This document shows, piece by piece, positions 17,106 to 25,338 of a stretch of 51,860 bases of DNA. The stretch lies in NCBI GenBank assembly GCA_964648335.1, contig CAZYLZ010000001.1, positions 26,667 to 78,526 on the forward strand, read 5' to 3'. Position 1 is the stretch's first letter. Every line of letters starts with the position of its first letter. The notes beneath the pieces are model-generated. The model was given only the letters and a program-made list of their open reading frames with translations, ran no database searches and was not told where the DNA came from. The stretch is from an uncultured Candidatus Saccharibacteria bacterium (lineage in GTDB: Bacteria > Patescibacteriota > Minisyncoccia > Phycocordibacterales > UBA2100). The translations under genes and the position numbers were made by a program.

Positions 17106-17960
17106 TCAGGCTGCGACGGCACATCCCTCGAGGGTTGCCTTTGCGACGCGCTTGCCGAGCGCCTCATCCTTGAAGCGTTTGGCGCCGATGTGCGGACCAG
17201 AGCCGAAGAAGCCGCTGCTCACAGAGAATCCGTGAGCGGTACCATTCGTGATGGCTGCGAGCACTTCCTCCGCCGTCCAGCTGTAGATGTCATTGGCGGG
17301 ATTGCGCAACTCCTCGGTCTGACCGACCAGCTGGAAGAATTCGGCTTCTTCCTTTATGCCGGCGAACGAAAGCGGCTGGTGGTTGTAGTACTTCCACACG
17401 TTGCCGTGGTCGACGAAAGTAATCCACGTTTCCTCGGCACTCGTACTCCAGCCCTTCGGATGTTCGACCTTGTAAAAGGGCCATGGCGATCCGTCGTCTC
17501 GACGCTCGTGCATGTGGTAGTAGTCGATCTGGCAGATAGTCATCTCTTCTTCGCTGCCGTCCTGCGGAAAGCGCACGCGCACCTTGTCCTGTTCCCAGAA
17601 CTTAGTAGCAGGCAAGTCGCCGAGGCGGACGCGTTCGGTCTGGAAGATGCCGTGGTTGTCGCGCATCGTCGCGTCTCGCCGTTTCTCTTCAACCTTGTCG
17701 ACCATTTCGATCGACCAGTCGCCGGGAACGATGCGGCCGTCCGCGAGCCAGACAGACACAGAACCCTTGCAGTGATAGACGCCGGGTTGATGTACGAGAA
17801 CCGGTATGCGGGGTTCGTAGATGACGGCGTCGTAGAAGCCACAGACAACACCCTTGGTGCCATCGGGGACATCCTTGTATGTGTCCGTCCACGCGCGTCG
17901 TTCCGCGTCGACCTTGAAGACGACTTCGTCGCCAACCCGCAGCAGTTCGGTAAGTGTCAT
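17106..17960 (-). CDS. Orphan cytoplasmic protein (284 aa), Trp/Tyr-rich, unknown function
   Basis: AGGAG SD 6 nt upstream of ATG at 17960, with a terminator downstream. No TM, signal or known motif. The tracked ORF to 18032 is an extension. Confidence 0.65.
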   Translation of the reverse strand: MTLTELLRVGDEVVFKVDAERRAWTDTYKDVPDGTKGVVCGFYDAVIYEPRIPVLVHQPGVYHCKGSVSVWLADGRIVPGDWSIEMVDKVEEKRRDATMRDNHGIFQTERVRLGDLPATKFWEQDKVRVRFPQDGSEEEMTICQIDYYHMHERRDDGSPWPFYKVEHPKGWSTSAEETWITFVDHGNVWKYYNHQPLSFAGIKEEAEFFQLVGQTEELRNPANDIYSWTAEEVLAAITNGTAHGFSVSSGFFGSGPHIGAKRFKDEALGKRVAKATLEGCAVAA

Positions 17961-17992
17961 GGAAGTCTCCTGTTTTTTGCTGAAACTCAAAG

Positions 17993-18059
17993 TGCTAACG
18001 CTGTTAGCGCAGTCTAATGTGCATGTTAACATATATATCTACATATGTCAAATACATAT
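17993..18059. promoter_or_regulatory. Cluster of palindromes and direct repeats in an AT-rich divergent promoter region
   Basis: GCTAAC-GCT-GTTAGC (17993-18007). ATGTTAACAT (18022-18031). TACATATG-TCAAA-TACATATG direct repeat (18039-18059). Confidence 0.5.
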
Positions 18060-18152
18060 GATTTATCTGACGAGGTAGGTCTCCGAATCGATACGTAAAA
18101 GAAGACTCAAATCAGGTAACAAAAAAACATATCCGTCTCCCGCCACCCCGGC

Positions 18153-18167
18153 TATAATATGGGTATG
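18153..18167 (+). promoter_or_regulatory. -10 box abutting the start codon (candidate leaderless promoter)
   Basis: TATAAT (18153-18158), 6 nt, second in-frame ATG (18165). Confidence 0.45.
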
Positions 18168-19109
18168 AGGACATTCGGACGCATCATCGTCGAAGTGGGG
18201 GTAACCTTGGTGCTCTTTTGGGCGCTTGCTTGGTACTTTGGCATACCGGTCCAAACCCGCGCCGAGCAGGCCTACCAGCATTTCTTCCCGTGCTCGGTAC
18301 CCATCCGCTACTCTATTAAAGAGGTCGACCCGCGCTTCGGTATCTCGCAGGCCGACTTTACCAAGGCGCTCAAGACGGCCGAGGCCATCTGGGAAAAACC
18401 GCTTGGCAAAAATTTGTTCGAGTACGATCCTTCTGGCTCGCTCGAGGTACGTTTGCAGTACGACTCGCGCCAAGCAACGACGCAAAAGCTGAGCGCCGTC
18501 GACCGCGAGCTCAAGGGCGACAAAGCGCTCTTAGAGCAAAAGCAAGAAAAGTACGATGTTCTGTACGACGCGTACTCTGCGGCAAAGGTCGCCTTTGCGA
18601 CAAAGCAAGATGCGTACGAGGCAAAGGCCGAGGCGTATCAGAAGCAGGTCGAGTATTGGAACCGTCGCGGCGGTGCGCCCAAGAGCGACTTCGAAATTCT
18701 TGCGCGGCAAAAAACGGCGCTCGACCAAGACCGTGCAGCACTGGCCCAGATGCAAACGAGTATCAATGCTCAAGTAGATGCGATAAACGTCATGGTGGTA
18801 GATATCAAGCGTCTCGCCGGCGAGTTTAACCAAGACGCAGGAAAGTACAACGCAATTGGTGCCTCGCAAGACAAAGAGTTCGACGCTGGGCTCTACGAGA
18901 GCGATCTGAAAGGTGTGCGGATAACCATCTACCAGTACGACAACTACGAAAAGCTGGTGCGCGTCTTGGCGCACGAGTTTGGCCACGCGCTCGGGCTCGA
19001 GCACGTAAACGACTCCAAGGCCATCATGTACTATTTGAACCAAGGCACAGCAGAGAAGGCAAGCGAGGCAGACGTGCTCGCGCTCAAGACCCTCTGTCAC
19101 ACCAACTAA
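18159..19109 (+). CDS. Matrixin-type (M10-like) zinc metalloprotease with N-terminal TM and a long coiled-coil insertion
   Basis: HEFGHALGLEH followed by an IMYY Met-turn. About 120 aa of heptad-like Ala/Gln/Lys-rich sequence precedes the zinc site. Real start may be 18165. Confidence 0.8.
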   Translation: MGMRTFGRIIVEVGVTLVLFWALAWYFGIPVQTRAEQAYQHFFPCSVPIRYSIKEVDPRFGISQADFTKALKTAEAIWEKPLGKNLFEYDPSGSLEVRLQYDSRQATTQKLSAVDRELKGDKALLEQKQEKYDVLYDAYSAAKVAFATKQDAYEAKAEAYQKQVEYWNRRGGAPKSDFEILARQKTALDQDRAALAQMQTSINAQVDAINVMVVDIKRLAGEFNQDAGKYNAIGASQDKEFDAGLYESDLKGVRITIYQYDNYEKLVRVLAHEFGHALGLEHVNDSKAIMYYLNQGTAEKASEADVLALKTLCHTN

Positions 19110-19111
19110 GC

Positions 19112-19687
19112 ATGCAAAACCCAATCACGATGAGCTCTCGCAGCTGGTACCTCGTGGCCGGGCTCTTGGTGCTTGTTCAAGCGGCGATACTGCTGTATCT
19201 GGGGCGCGTAGCCATCTGCGAATGCGGCACCATAAAGCTGTGGGAAGGCGTGGTGCAAAGCTCGGGCAACTCGCAGCACCTTTCGGACTGGTACAGCTTT
19301 TCGCACATTATCCACGGATTTATCTTTTACTGGCTCTTGTATCTGGTGTTTCCAAAGATGTCGTTTGCTCAGCGGCTTGTCCTTGCCATCGGCGTCGAGG
19401 CAGGGTGGGAGATACTCGAGAACTCACCAATCATAATAGAGCGCTATCGTGCTGCAACGATCTCGCTTATGTACTACGGCGACAGCGTGCTCAACTCGGT
19501 CTCTGACACCGTCATGATGATCGTCGGATTTTTCTTGGCACGAAAGCTGCCGACCGCCGTCACTATCGCACTCTTGCTCGCCATGGAGCTCGTCGTTGGG
19601 TACCTCATTCACGACAACCTGCTTCTTAATATTGTTATGCTCGCGTATCCGTTTCCGGCGATACTAGAGTGGCAAAGCGCTATCTGA
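19112..19687 (+). CDS. DUF2585 / UPF0314-like membrane protein
   Basis: ICECG...SQHLSDWYSFSHIIHGF signature. 2-nt gap after the matrixin gene. Confidence 0.65.
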   Translation: MQNPITMSSRSWYLVAGLLVLVQAAILLYLGRVAICECGTIKLWEGVVQSSGNSQHLSDWYSFSHIIHGFIFYWLLYLVFPKMSFAQRLVLAIGVEAGWEILENSPIIIERYRAATISLMYYGDSVLNSVSDTVMMIVGFFLARKLPTAVTIALLLAMELVVGYLIHDNLLLNIVMLAYPFPAILEWQSAI

Positions 19688-19697
19688 TAGCCTCGCG

Positions 19698-19734
19698 TTG
19701 ACTCACGGCTATCGACCGGTACTATCACCCTATG
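19698..19734 (+). promoter_or_regulatory. Complete promoter ending at the start codon (candidate leaderless)
   Basis: TTGACT (19698-19703), 16 nt, TACTAT (19720-19725), 6 nt, ATG (19732). Confidence 0.6.
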
Positions 19735-20298
19735 AACACACTCTTCGTACGCACCTTTATCTCGTGGCTCCCGTTTTTAGTCGCCGTCACACTCGTCTCG
19801 GGCTTGGTCTATGTTGCTGTGCAGCAGTCGTATCGCACAAGTGCCAACGATCCGCAGGTGCAGCTTGCCGAAGATTTTGCGAGCTTGGTCGCGGCAGGTA
19901 ACGAACCTTCTAAGCTCATCCCCGAAGGCAAAATCCCCATCGAACGCTCCCTAGCTGCCTATATTCTCTTTTACGACCAAGCCGAAAAGCCGATTGTCGG
20001 CACGGGCGTGTTGCACGACGCACCTCCAGTATTTCCTGCAGGTATGCTTGCCGCTGCAAAAGCCACCGGCGAGAGCCGTGTCACCTGGCAGCCCGAGGCA
20101 GGAGTAAGGCAGGCACTCGTGGTCGCAGCTATCCCTAACGACAGCGGGTATGTGGTTGTTGGACGGTCGCTACGCGAATCCGAGGACCGCACCGCAGAAC
20201 TCACCCAGATACTCTTTGCCGGATGGCTCGTGGCTCTTGCGAGTACGTTCTTGGCATGCGCGCTCGCGGTATACTTGCGGCATGACTATCGAGCCTAG
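19732..20298 (+). CDS. Hypothetical protein with N- and C-terminal TM segments
   Basis: ORF begins directly after the promoter. Bitopic hydrophobic ends. Confidence 0.6.
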   Translation: MNTLFVRTFISWLPFLVAVTLVSGLVYVAVQQSYRTSANDPQVQLAEDFASLVAAGNEPSKLIPEGKIPIERSLAAYILFYDQAEKPIVGTGVLHDAPPVFPAGMLAAAKATGESRVTWQPEAGVRQALVVAAIPNDSGYVVVGRSLRESEDRTAELTQILFAGWLVALASTFLACALAVYLRHDYRA

Positions 20299-20434
20299 GA
20301 AGGTCACCTGGTACTCACAAATTGCGGCCATCGTGCTTGGTCTCGCCATCTTTGCGGTTGGGTTCTCGCTCGGAAAGGCGTATGGGCAGGCAGCGGTAGT
20401 ACCGGGCATCGACGCCGGGTACATGGGTCAGTAG
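20282..20434 (+). CDS. Small (50 aa) single-TM protein, uncertain
   Basis: ATG at 20282 overlaps the previous gene by 17 nt. Clear TM segment IAAIVLGLAIFAVGF. Confidence 0.4.
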   Translation: MTIEPRKVTWYSQIAAIVLGLAIFAVGFSLGKAYGQAAVVPGIDAGYMGQ

Positions 20435-20678
20435 CCGCGCTTAGCGGACGATGACCATGACGAGGGGAAAGACGAGTGCTATATAGAGGCCGGCGACCGA
20501 TGCCGTGACGACTCCGACAACGTGCGTTTGCGTGCTCGAGGTAAAGGGGAACATAGGGCCAGTATGCCCGCCAAACCTGGGAAAACGATGAAGGGCGAGA
20601 GCTCGGGTGTCCGCTCGCAAAGGGGCTGGTTTTAGGCTATCCTTTTGTAATAGGGGCCTCGGGGCCCCGTCATACTCA

Positions 20679-21176
20679 ATGGAGGACCTACAATCGACAT
20701 TTCTCAAGGCTCACGAGGAGCACGCCGATGCCTTATTTCGATACGGCATATTCAAGGTAAGTGACCGCGAGCTCTCGAGGGACCTCGTCCAAGAGTGTTT
20801 TATGAAGACCTGGGAATATATGGCCCGCGGAAACGAAGTCGATAACCTCAAAGCTTTTCTGTACAAGACGCTCAATCATCTGGTGATAGACCACTACCGC
20901 AAGAAGAAGGCGGTGTCTTTGGACCAGATGCAGGACGAGGGATTCGACCCGGGGGTGGATGAGAGGTCCAGCATGTTCGATAAGATAGACGGGCGCTACG
21001 CGCTCGAGCTCGTAAACAAGCTCGAACATCCGTACCGCGACGCCGTCTACATGCGCTACGTCGAGAACTTCTCGTTGCGCGAGATTTCCGACGCGACCGG
21101 CGAGGCAGAGAACACGATTGCGGTGCATGTGCACCGAGGGCTCAAGAAGCTCAAAGAATTATATGGAAACCAATGA
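20679..21176 (+). CDS. ECF-type RNA polymerase sigma factor
   Basis: Region 2 (ALFRYGIFKV..DRELSRDLVQECFMKTW) and region 4 (REISDATGEAENTIAVHVHRGLKKLK). Start at ATG 20679 chosen. Confidence 0.8.
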   Translation: MEDLQSTFLKAHEEHADALFRYGIFKVSDRELSRDLVQECFMKTWEYMARGNEVDNLKAFLYKTLNHLVIDHYRKKKAVSLDQMQDEGFDPGVDERSSMFDKIDGRYALELVNKLEHPYRDAVYMRYVENFSLREISDATGEAENTIAVHVHRGLKKLKELYGNQ

Positions 21177-22299
21177 CATAAACCCACAATTTAATAAAGC
21201 AGTCGCGGACTTTAAGAAAGTCTCTTTGACGGCGAGTGAGAAGGCGCGCATGCGACGCATTTTGATGGCGCACATGAACGCACATCCGGCAAGGGGTCCG
21301 ATCGTCTCGCCGATATCGCACTGGATACTCTTTGCAACGCGCACCGCGTCTGTCTCGTTTGTTGCCCTTTTTGCCATACTCGGATCGAGCTACGCAGCAT
21401 CCGGTTCCTTACCCGGTCAGACTCTCTATCCCATAAAAGTGGGAATCAACGAGCGCGTCGAATCGCTCCTGGCCGTAACGCCCGAGGCGAGTGCCGAAGT
21501 GAGCCTCAAGCATGCGCTCACCCGCCTCGACGAAGCCGAGCAGCTGGCGCAGACGGGAGCACTCGATGCGTCGACCAATGCCACCGTCCGCGCACGCATC
21601 GCCGACGACGTCTCGCGTGCTAATAGGCAGATCGACTCGCTCTCGTCTAAGGGACGCGGATCAAACGCATCCCTTATGCGCGACTCGTTCGAGCAAAAGC
21701 TCGACGACTCGTTCGGACGGTTTGTGGGCATCGCCGCTACCTCGAGCTCGACCTCGATGCCGCTCGTCGCCGATATCGCACGTGACGTAAAAAGTAGGAT
21801 AGACGACACCTCGCGCAAGACGATCCGCGCCGAGAAGGCGAAGGTGGCAAAGGCTACCAAAACCGACGCCGAAGCAAGCGCCCGATCAGCGCGCGACGCA
21901 GCGATGCTTGCGATAGGTGGAGCACCCGCTGCCGATGTTGCACGAAGTGCAAAAGCCGCACCGACCCTCATGATGGCGACCGCCATGACCATGAGTGCTT
22001 CGGCACCAGCAGAAGCGTCAGAGGCACAAAAACTCCTCGATCAGGGAAACAAGAAGTTCTCGGAAGGTAAGTTCGCCGAGGCGTACGCGCTCTTCAAGAA
22101 TGCTGAGCGCATGGCACGCGACGAGGCACGCCTGCGCGACCTGGCACCCGATATCCGCGGCCTCATCGAGAAGAAACAGGAAGGATCGCATTCAAACGAC
22201 GACGACGAGGACGACGATTCGTCTTCGGACTCCGGATCGAGCCGCGACGATTCGCATTCGGGCAACAGAGATTCGCGTAGCGGCCGCTCGGAAGACTAG
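21163..22299 (+). CDS. Putative anti-sigma factor: single TM, DUF5667-like extracytoplasmic domain, acidic Ser/Asp tail
   Basis: Overlaps the sigma gene by 14 nt. TM at about aa 60-85. PGQTLYPIK motif. C-terminal NDDDEDDDSSSDSGSS. Confidence 0.65.
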   Translation: METNDINPQFNKAVADFKKVSLTASEKARMRRILMAHMNAHPARGPIVSPISHWILFATRTASVSFVALFAILGSSYAASGSLPGQTLYPIKVGINERVESLLAVTPEASAEVSLKHALTRLDEAEQLAQTGALDASTNATVRARIADDVSRANRQIDSLSSKGRGSNASLMRDSFEQKLDDSFGRFVGIAATSSSTSMPLVADIARDVKSRIDDTSRKTIRAEKAKVAKATKTDAEASARSARDAAMLAIGGAPAADVARSAKAAPTLMMATAMTMSASAPAEASEAQKLLDQGNKKFSEGKFAEAYALFKNAERMARDEARLRDLAPDIRGLIEKKQEGSHSNDDDEDDDSSSDSGSSRDDSHSGNRDSRSGRSED

Positions 22300-22360
22300 C
22301 TCACACAACGAACGATGCGGTATACTGCACGTTCTATCTATCAAGTAGCGCATAACCACC

Positions 22361-22879
22361 ATGCAGACTTCGTTGTATTCGGTAACCGTTCCTGGCTTTT
22401 TAAAGACGCTCACTAAGATGTCGGGCATCTTGGACAAGGCTGTCGCATTTGCAGCAGAGCGCGGCATGCCCGAGAGCGAGCTCTTGGAGGCGCGCCTCGC
22501 CCCCGATATGTTCACCTTTACCAAGCAGATCCAGGTCGCGTGCGACAATGCCAAGGCATTCGCGGCGCGCCTCAACAACGCCGACCCGATCTCGATGGAA
22601 GATAACGAGGCTTCGTTTGCCGACCTCAAGACCCGCATCGCAAAGACCATCGAGATACTAAACGCCGTGACTCCTTCGGAAGTTGACGGCCACGAGGACG
22701 CGCAGGTCACGATCAAATACTTCCCCGGCATGTATATGACCGGATTCGACTACGCGACCGAGTATCTTGTACCAAACTTTATGTTCCACTGTGTCACTGC
22801 GTACGACATCTTGCGCATGAAGGGCGTGCCGTTGGGTAAGGCTGACATCGCGGCGCTTTCTTTGAAGCCGCTCGCGTAA
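22361..22879 (+). CDS. DUF1993 (DinB-like fold) protein
   Basis: MQTSLYSVTVPGFLKTL...ARLAPDMFTFTKQIQVACDNAK matches the DUF1993 pattern. Confidence 0.7.
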   Translation: MQTSLYSVTVPGFLKTLTKMSGILDKAVAFAAERGMPESELLEARLAPDMFTFTKQIQVACDNAKAFAARLNNADPISMEDNEASFADLKTRIAKTIEILNAVTPSEVDGHEDAQVTIKYFPGMYMTGFDYATEYLVPNFMFHCVTAYDILRMKGVPLGKADIAALSLKPLA

Positions 22880-22893
22880 ATCGAGCCATCCAA

Positions 22894-22931
22894 GAAAAAA
22901 AGAACAGGGCCACATGAGTGGCCCTGTTTTC
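22894..22931. terminator. Bidirectional terminator
   Basis: AACAGGGCCAC (22903-22913) / GTGGCCCTGTT (22918-22928), loop ATGA, A7 before and T-run after. Confidence 0.8.
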
Positions 22932-22938
22932 GTGCGGG

Positions 22939-23571
22939 TTATTCCGTTCCTTCGATGGGTCCTTTGTCGGACGCAAGCAAGGTGACGACGGAGCAGTTCG
23001 CGCTGGTGGTCGTGGCTGCGACCTTGAGTGCCTGATCGAAGGCGGTCGCGAGGATGTCGCTATGCCCGATGCCGACGGTACCGCTGCCGATGGATCCGGG
23101 CGGGTGGCACCGGACGCCGACGATGTAGCCGCCCTGGCCGGCATAGGTGATGCAGCTGCCTTTGTGCTTTTCGGCAGCGCGGTTCACGCACGATTTGTGC
23201 GCGTTCTGCGTGGCAACGTCCTTGTTGCGCTCGCGCCAGCGATGCGAATAGGCCGGCAGGTTGTTGCTTTGCTGCGCGATGCTGATCGCGCCCCAGCGGG
23301 CGACGTGCTCGATAGGCAGTTGGGGCGTCTCGTACTCGCTCCCGTCGTTCTCGACGAACGCGAGCTTGGTAAGGACGCACCGGTTGAGTACCGCCTTTTT
23401 CTTGCTCGCCGACGAAAGCGCCTGTGTGAGTGCCTCTGCCGGCTTTGCGCTCGTGCTTTTGACCAGCTGACCGTCGCACGACATCTCGATGTCGAAGCGA
23501 GGGCCGGCGAAGGCCGTTTGGGGCAGGGCACAGAGAGCAGCGAGAGCTGCAAGTCCTAGAAATCGCTTCAT
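22939..23571 (-). CDS. Secreted Cys-containing protein, C-terminal half DUF4189-like
   Basis: GGAGG SD 6 nt before ATG 23571. Signal peptide MKRFLGLAALAALCALPQTAFA. WGAISIA...C...C pattern. The ORF to 23901 is an extension. Confidence 0.6.
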   Translation of the reverse strand: MKRFLGLAALAALCALPQTAFAGPRFDIEMSCDGQLVKSTSAKPAEALTQALSSASKKKAVLNRCVLTKLAFVENDGSEYETPQLPIEHVARWGAISIAQQSNNLPAYSHRWRERNKDVATQNAHKSCVNRAAEKHKGSCITYAGQGGYIVGVRCHPPGSIGSGTVGIGHSDILATAFDQALKVAATTTSANCSVVTLLASDKGPIEGTE

Positions 23572-23681
23572 TTTGTACCTCCACATAGGTCGATCGATAT
23601 GATCGACGGCTGCAGGTTTATAGCACAAATACGTGTTAATGACAATCAACTCACGTATCGCGCAAATACGCATGCTCAACA

Positions 23682-23700
23682 TGCTACAATGCTCCGCATG
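23682..23700 (+). promoter_or_regulatory. Extended -10 promoter abutting the start codon (candidate leaderless)
   Basis: TGcTACAAT (23682-23690), 7 nt, ATG (23698). Confidence 0.55.
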
Positions 23701-24477
23701 AACGAACTCGCACTTTCTATAAAAGGGCTCAAGAAGACGTATGCAACCGGCACCATCGCCCTCAAAGGGGCGTCTTTGGATGTGCCGGTCGGCGACTTTT
23801 TTGCGCTCTTGGGTCCCAATGGCGCCGGCAAGACAACAATCATCGGTATTTCCACGGGACTCGTTAACAAGACCGAAGGAACCGTGTCGGTCTTCGGGCA
23901 CGACATCGACAAAGAGCCCGAGCTAGCCAAGGCGCAGATAGGCCTCGTGGGTCAAGAGATCAACTTCAACCCGTTCGAGAAACCAATTGATATCGTGGTA
24001 AACCAGGCCGGCTATTACGGCGTCCCGCGCGCTATCGCTATCCCACGCGCCAAGAAGCTGCTCGAAGATTTGGGGCTCGGCGAAAAGATGAACCAGCGCG
24101 CGATGACGCTCTCTGGTGGTATGAAGCGACGTCTCATGATCGCACGTGCACTCGTGCACCAACCGAAATTCCTCGTGCTCGACGAGCCGACGGCAGGCGT
24201 CGACGTCGAGCTGCGCCGCGGCATGTGGGATTATCTCCGTGGTCTCACCAGGAGTGGTCTCACCATCCTCCTAACAACACACTATCTCGAAGAGGCCGAG
24301 CAGCTGTGCAAGCATGTTGCCATTATCAATAAAGGCGAGATCGTGGCCAACGGCACGATGGAAGAGATTCTTGCCATGGGAGGCGGCGCGGTACAAGAAG
24401 GTGGTTACAAGGCAGGCCGACTCGAAGAAGTCTTTATCAGCCTCGTGAGCGATAAGAAAGCCGAAGAGGCGAAATAA
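23698..24477 (+). CDS. ABC transporter ATP-binding protein (ABC-2 exporter type)
   Basis: Walker A GPNGAGKTT, signature LSGGMKRR, Walker B FLVLDEPT. Confidence 0.9.
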   Translation: MNELALSIKGLKKTYATGTIALKGASLDVPVGDFFALLGPNGAGKTTIIGISTGLVNKTEGTVSVFGHDIDKEPELAKAQIGLVGQEINFNPFEKPIDIVVNQAGYYGVPRAIAIPRAKKLLEDLGLGEKMNQRAMTLSGGMKRRLMIARALVHQPKFLVLDEPTAGVDVELRRGMWDYLRGLTRSGLTILLTTHYLEEAEQLCKHVAIINKGEIVANGTMEEILAMGGGAVQEGGYKAGRLEEVFISLVSDKKAEEAK

Positions 24478-24482
24478 AGCAT

Positions 24483-25265
24483 ATGAATAACTACGGACTC
24501 TGGATATCCTTTTATACGATGCTGCGCAAGGATATCGTGCGCATGTTCCGCATCTGGGTGCAGACATTCTTGCCGTCGGTCATCACATCGGTCCTCTATT
24601 TCTTGGTATTCGGAACTGTACTCGGATCGCGTATAGGGCAGGTGCAGGGTGTCGACTACATGACCTTCGTGGTCCCTGGACTCGTCATGCTTGCCATCGT
24701 CACCAACGCCTACTCGAACACCTCGTTCACGTTCTTCTCGTCCAAATTCTTCGCGCGCTCGATCGACGAGATCTTGGTCTCACCAACGCCGCCGTGGGTC
24801 ATGATCGCCGGCTTCATTGGCGGAGGAGTCGTGCGTGGCATGCTCATTGGTACCTTGGTCATGCTCGTGTCAGTCTTTTTTACCGGCATGCACCTGGCTA
24901 TCGCGAATATCGGCATCATTTTCCTCTTCGCGCTCCTCACATCGTTTGTCTTTGCGCTCGCAGGCCTCGTCAACGGCATCTATGCCAAGTCCATCGACGG
25001 CATCAATATCGTACCTACGTTCGTGCTAACTCCACTTGTCTACCTCGGCGGCGTATTCTATTCGGTACGATCGCTTCCTGAATGGTGGCAGAACCTCACT
25101 CATCTCAATCCACTCTTCTACCTCATAAACGGATTCCGTTACGGATTCTTAGGCGCCGCCGATGTGCCGATTTCGCTGTCGCTCGGGGTTCTCGGTGTTC
25201 TCATCGCGGCGTTAGTCGGCGTAAACTGGTACCTCATCCGTACCGGCATGGGGCTCAGGCAGTAA
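24483..25265 (+). CDS. ABC-2 type transporter permease
   Basis: Six hydrophobic spans. Follows the ATPase by 5 nt. Confidence 0.8.
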   Translation: MNNYGLWISFYTMLRKDIVRMFRIWVQTFLPSVITSVLYFLVFGTVLGSRIGQVQGVDYMTFVVPGLVMLAIVTNAYSNTSFTFFSSKFFARSIDEILVSPTPPWVMIAGFIGGGVVRGMLIGTLVMLVSVFFTGMHLAIANIGIIFLFALLTSFVFALAGLVNGIYAKSIDGINIVPTFVLTPLVYLGGVFYSVRSLPEWWQNLTHLNPLFYLINGFRYGFLGAADVPISLSLGVLGVLIAALVGVNWYLIRTGMGLRQ

Positions 25266-25278
25266 CGTGAAGCTCGTC

Positions 25279-25306
25279 TTTACACGACTTCGCTCGAAGG
25301 TATACT
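25279..25306 (+). promoter_or_regulatory. Candidate promoter of CDS 25339
   Basis: TTTACA (25279-25284), 16 nt, TATACT (25301-25306). A second TACAAT lies 4 nt before the ATG. Confidence 0.45.
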
Positions 25307-25338
25307 TAGCGTTCTACTAAACAATTCTTACAATAACT

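Noticed and set aside
15880-18158. Mobile element or genomic island call for the AT-rich islet
   Set aside because: No integrase, transposase, tRNA target, terminal inverted repeats or flanking direct repeats could be found by eye. It is kept as a compositional observation only.
20441-20554. 37-aa hydrophobic minus-strand ORF (tail of tracked ORF 20441..20707)
   Set aside because: It has no SD or -10 box at the right distance and is very short. It could be a real mini membrane protein, but the support is insufficient.
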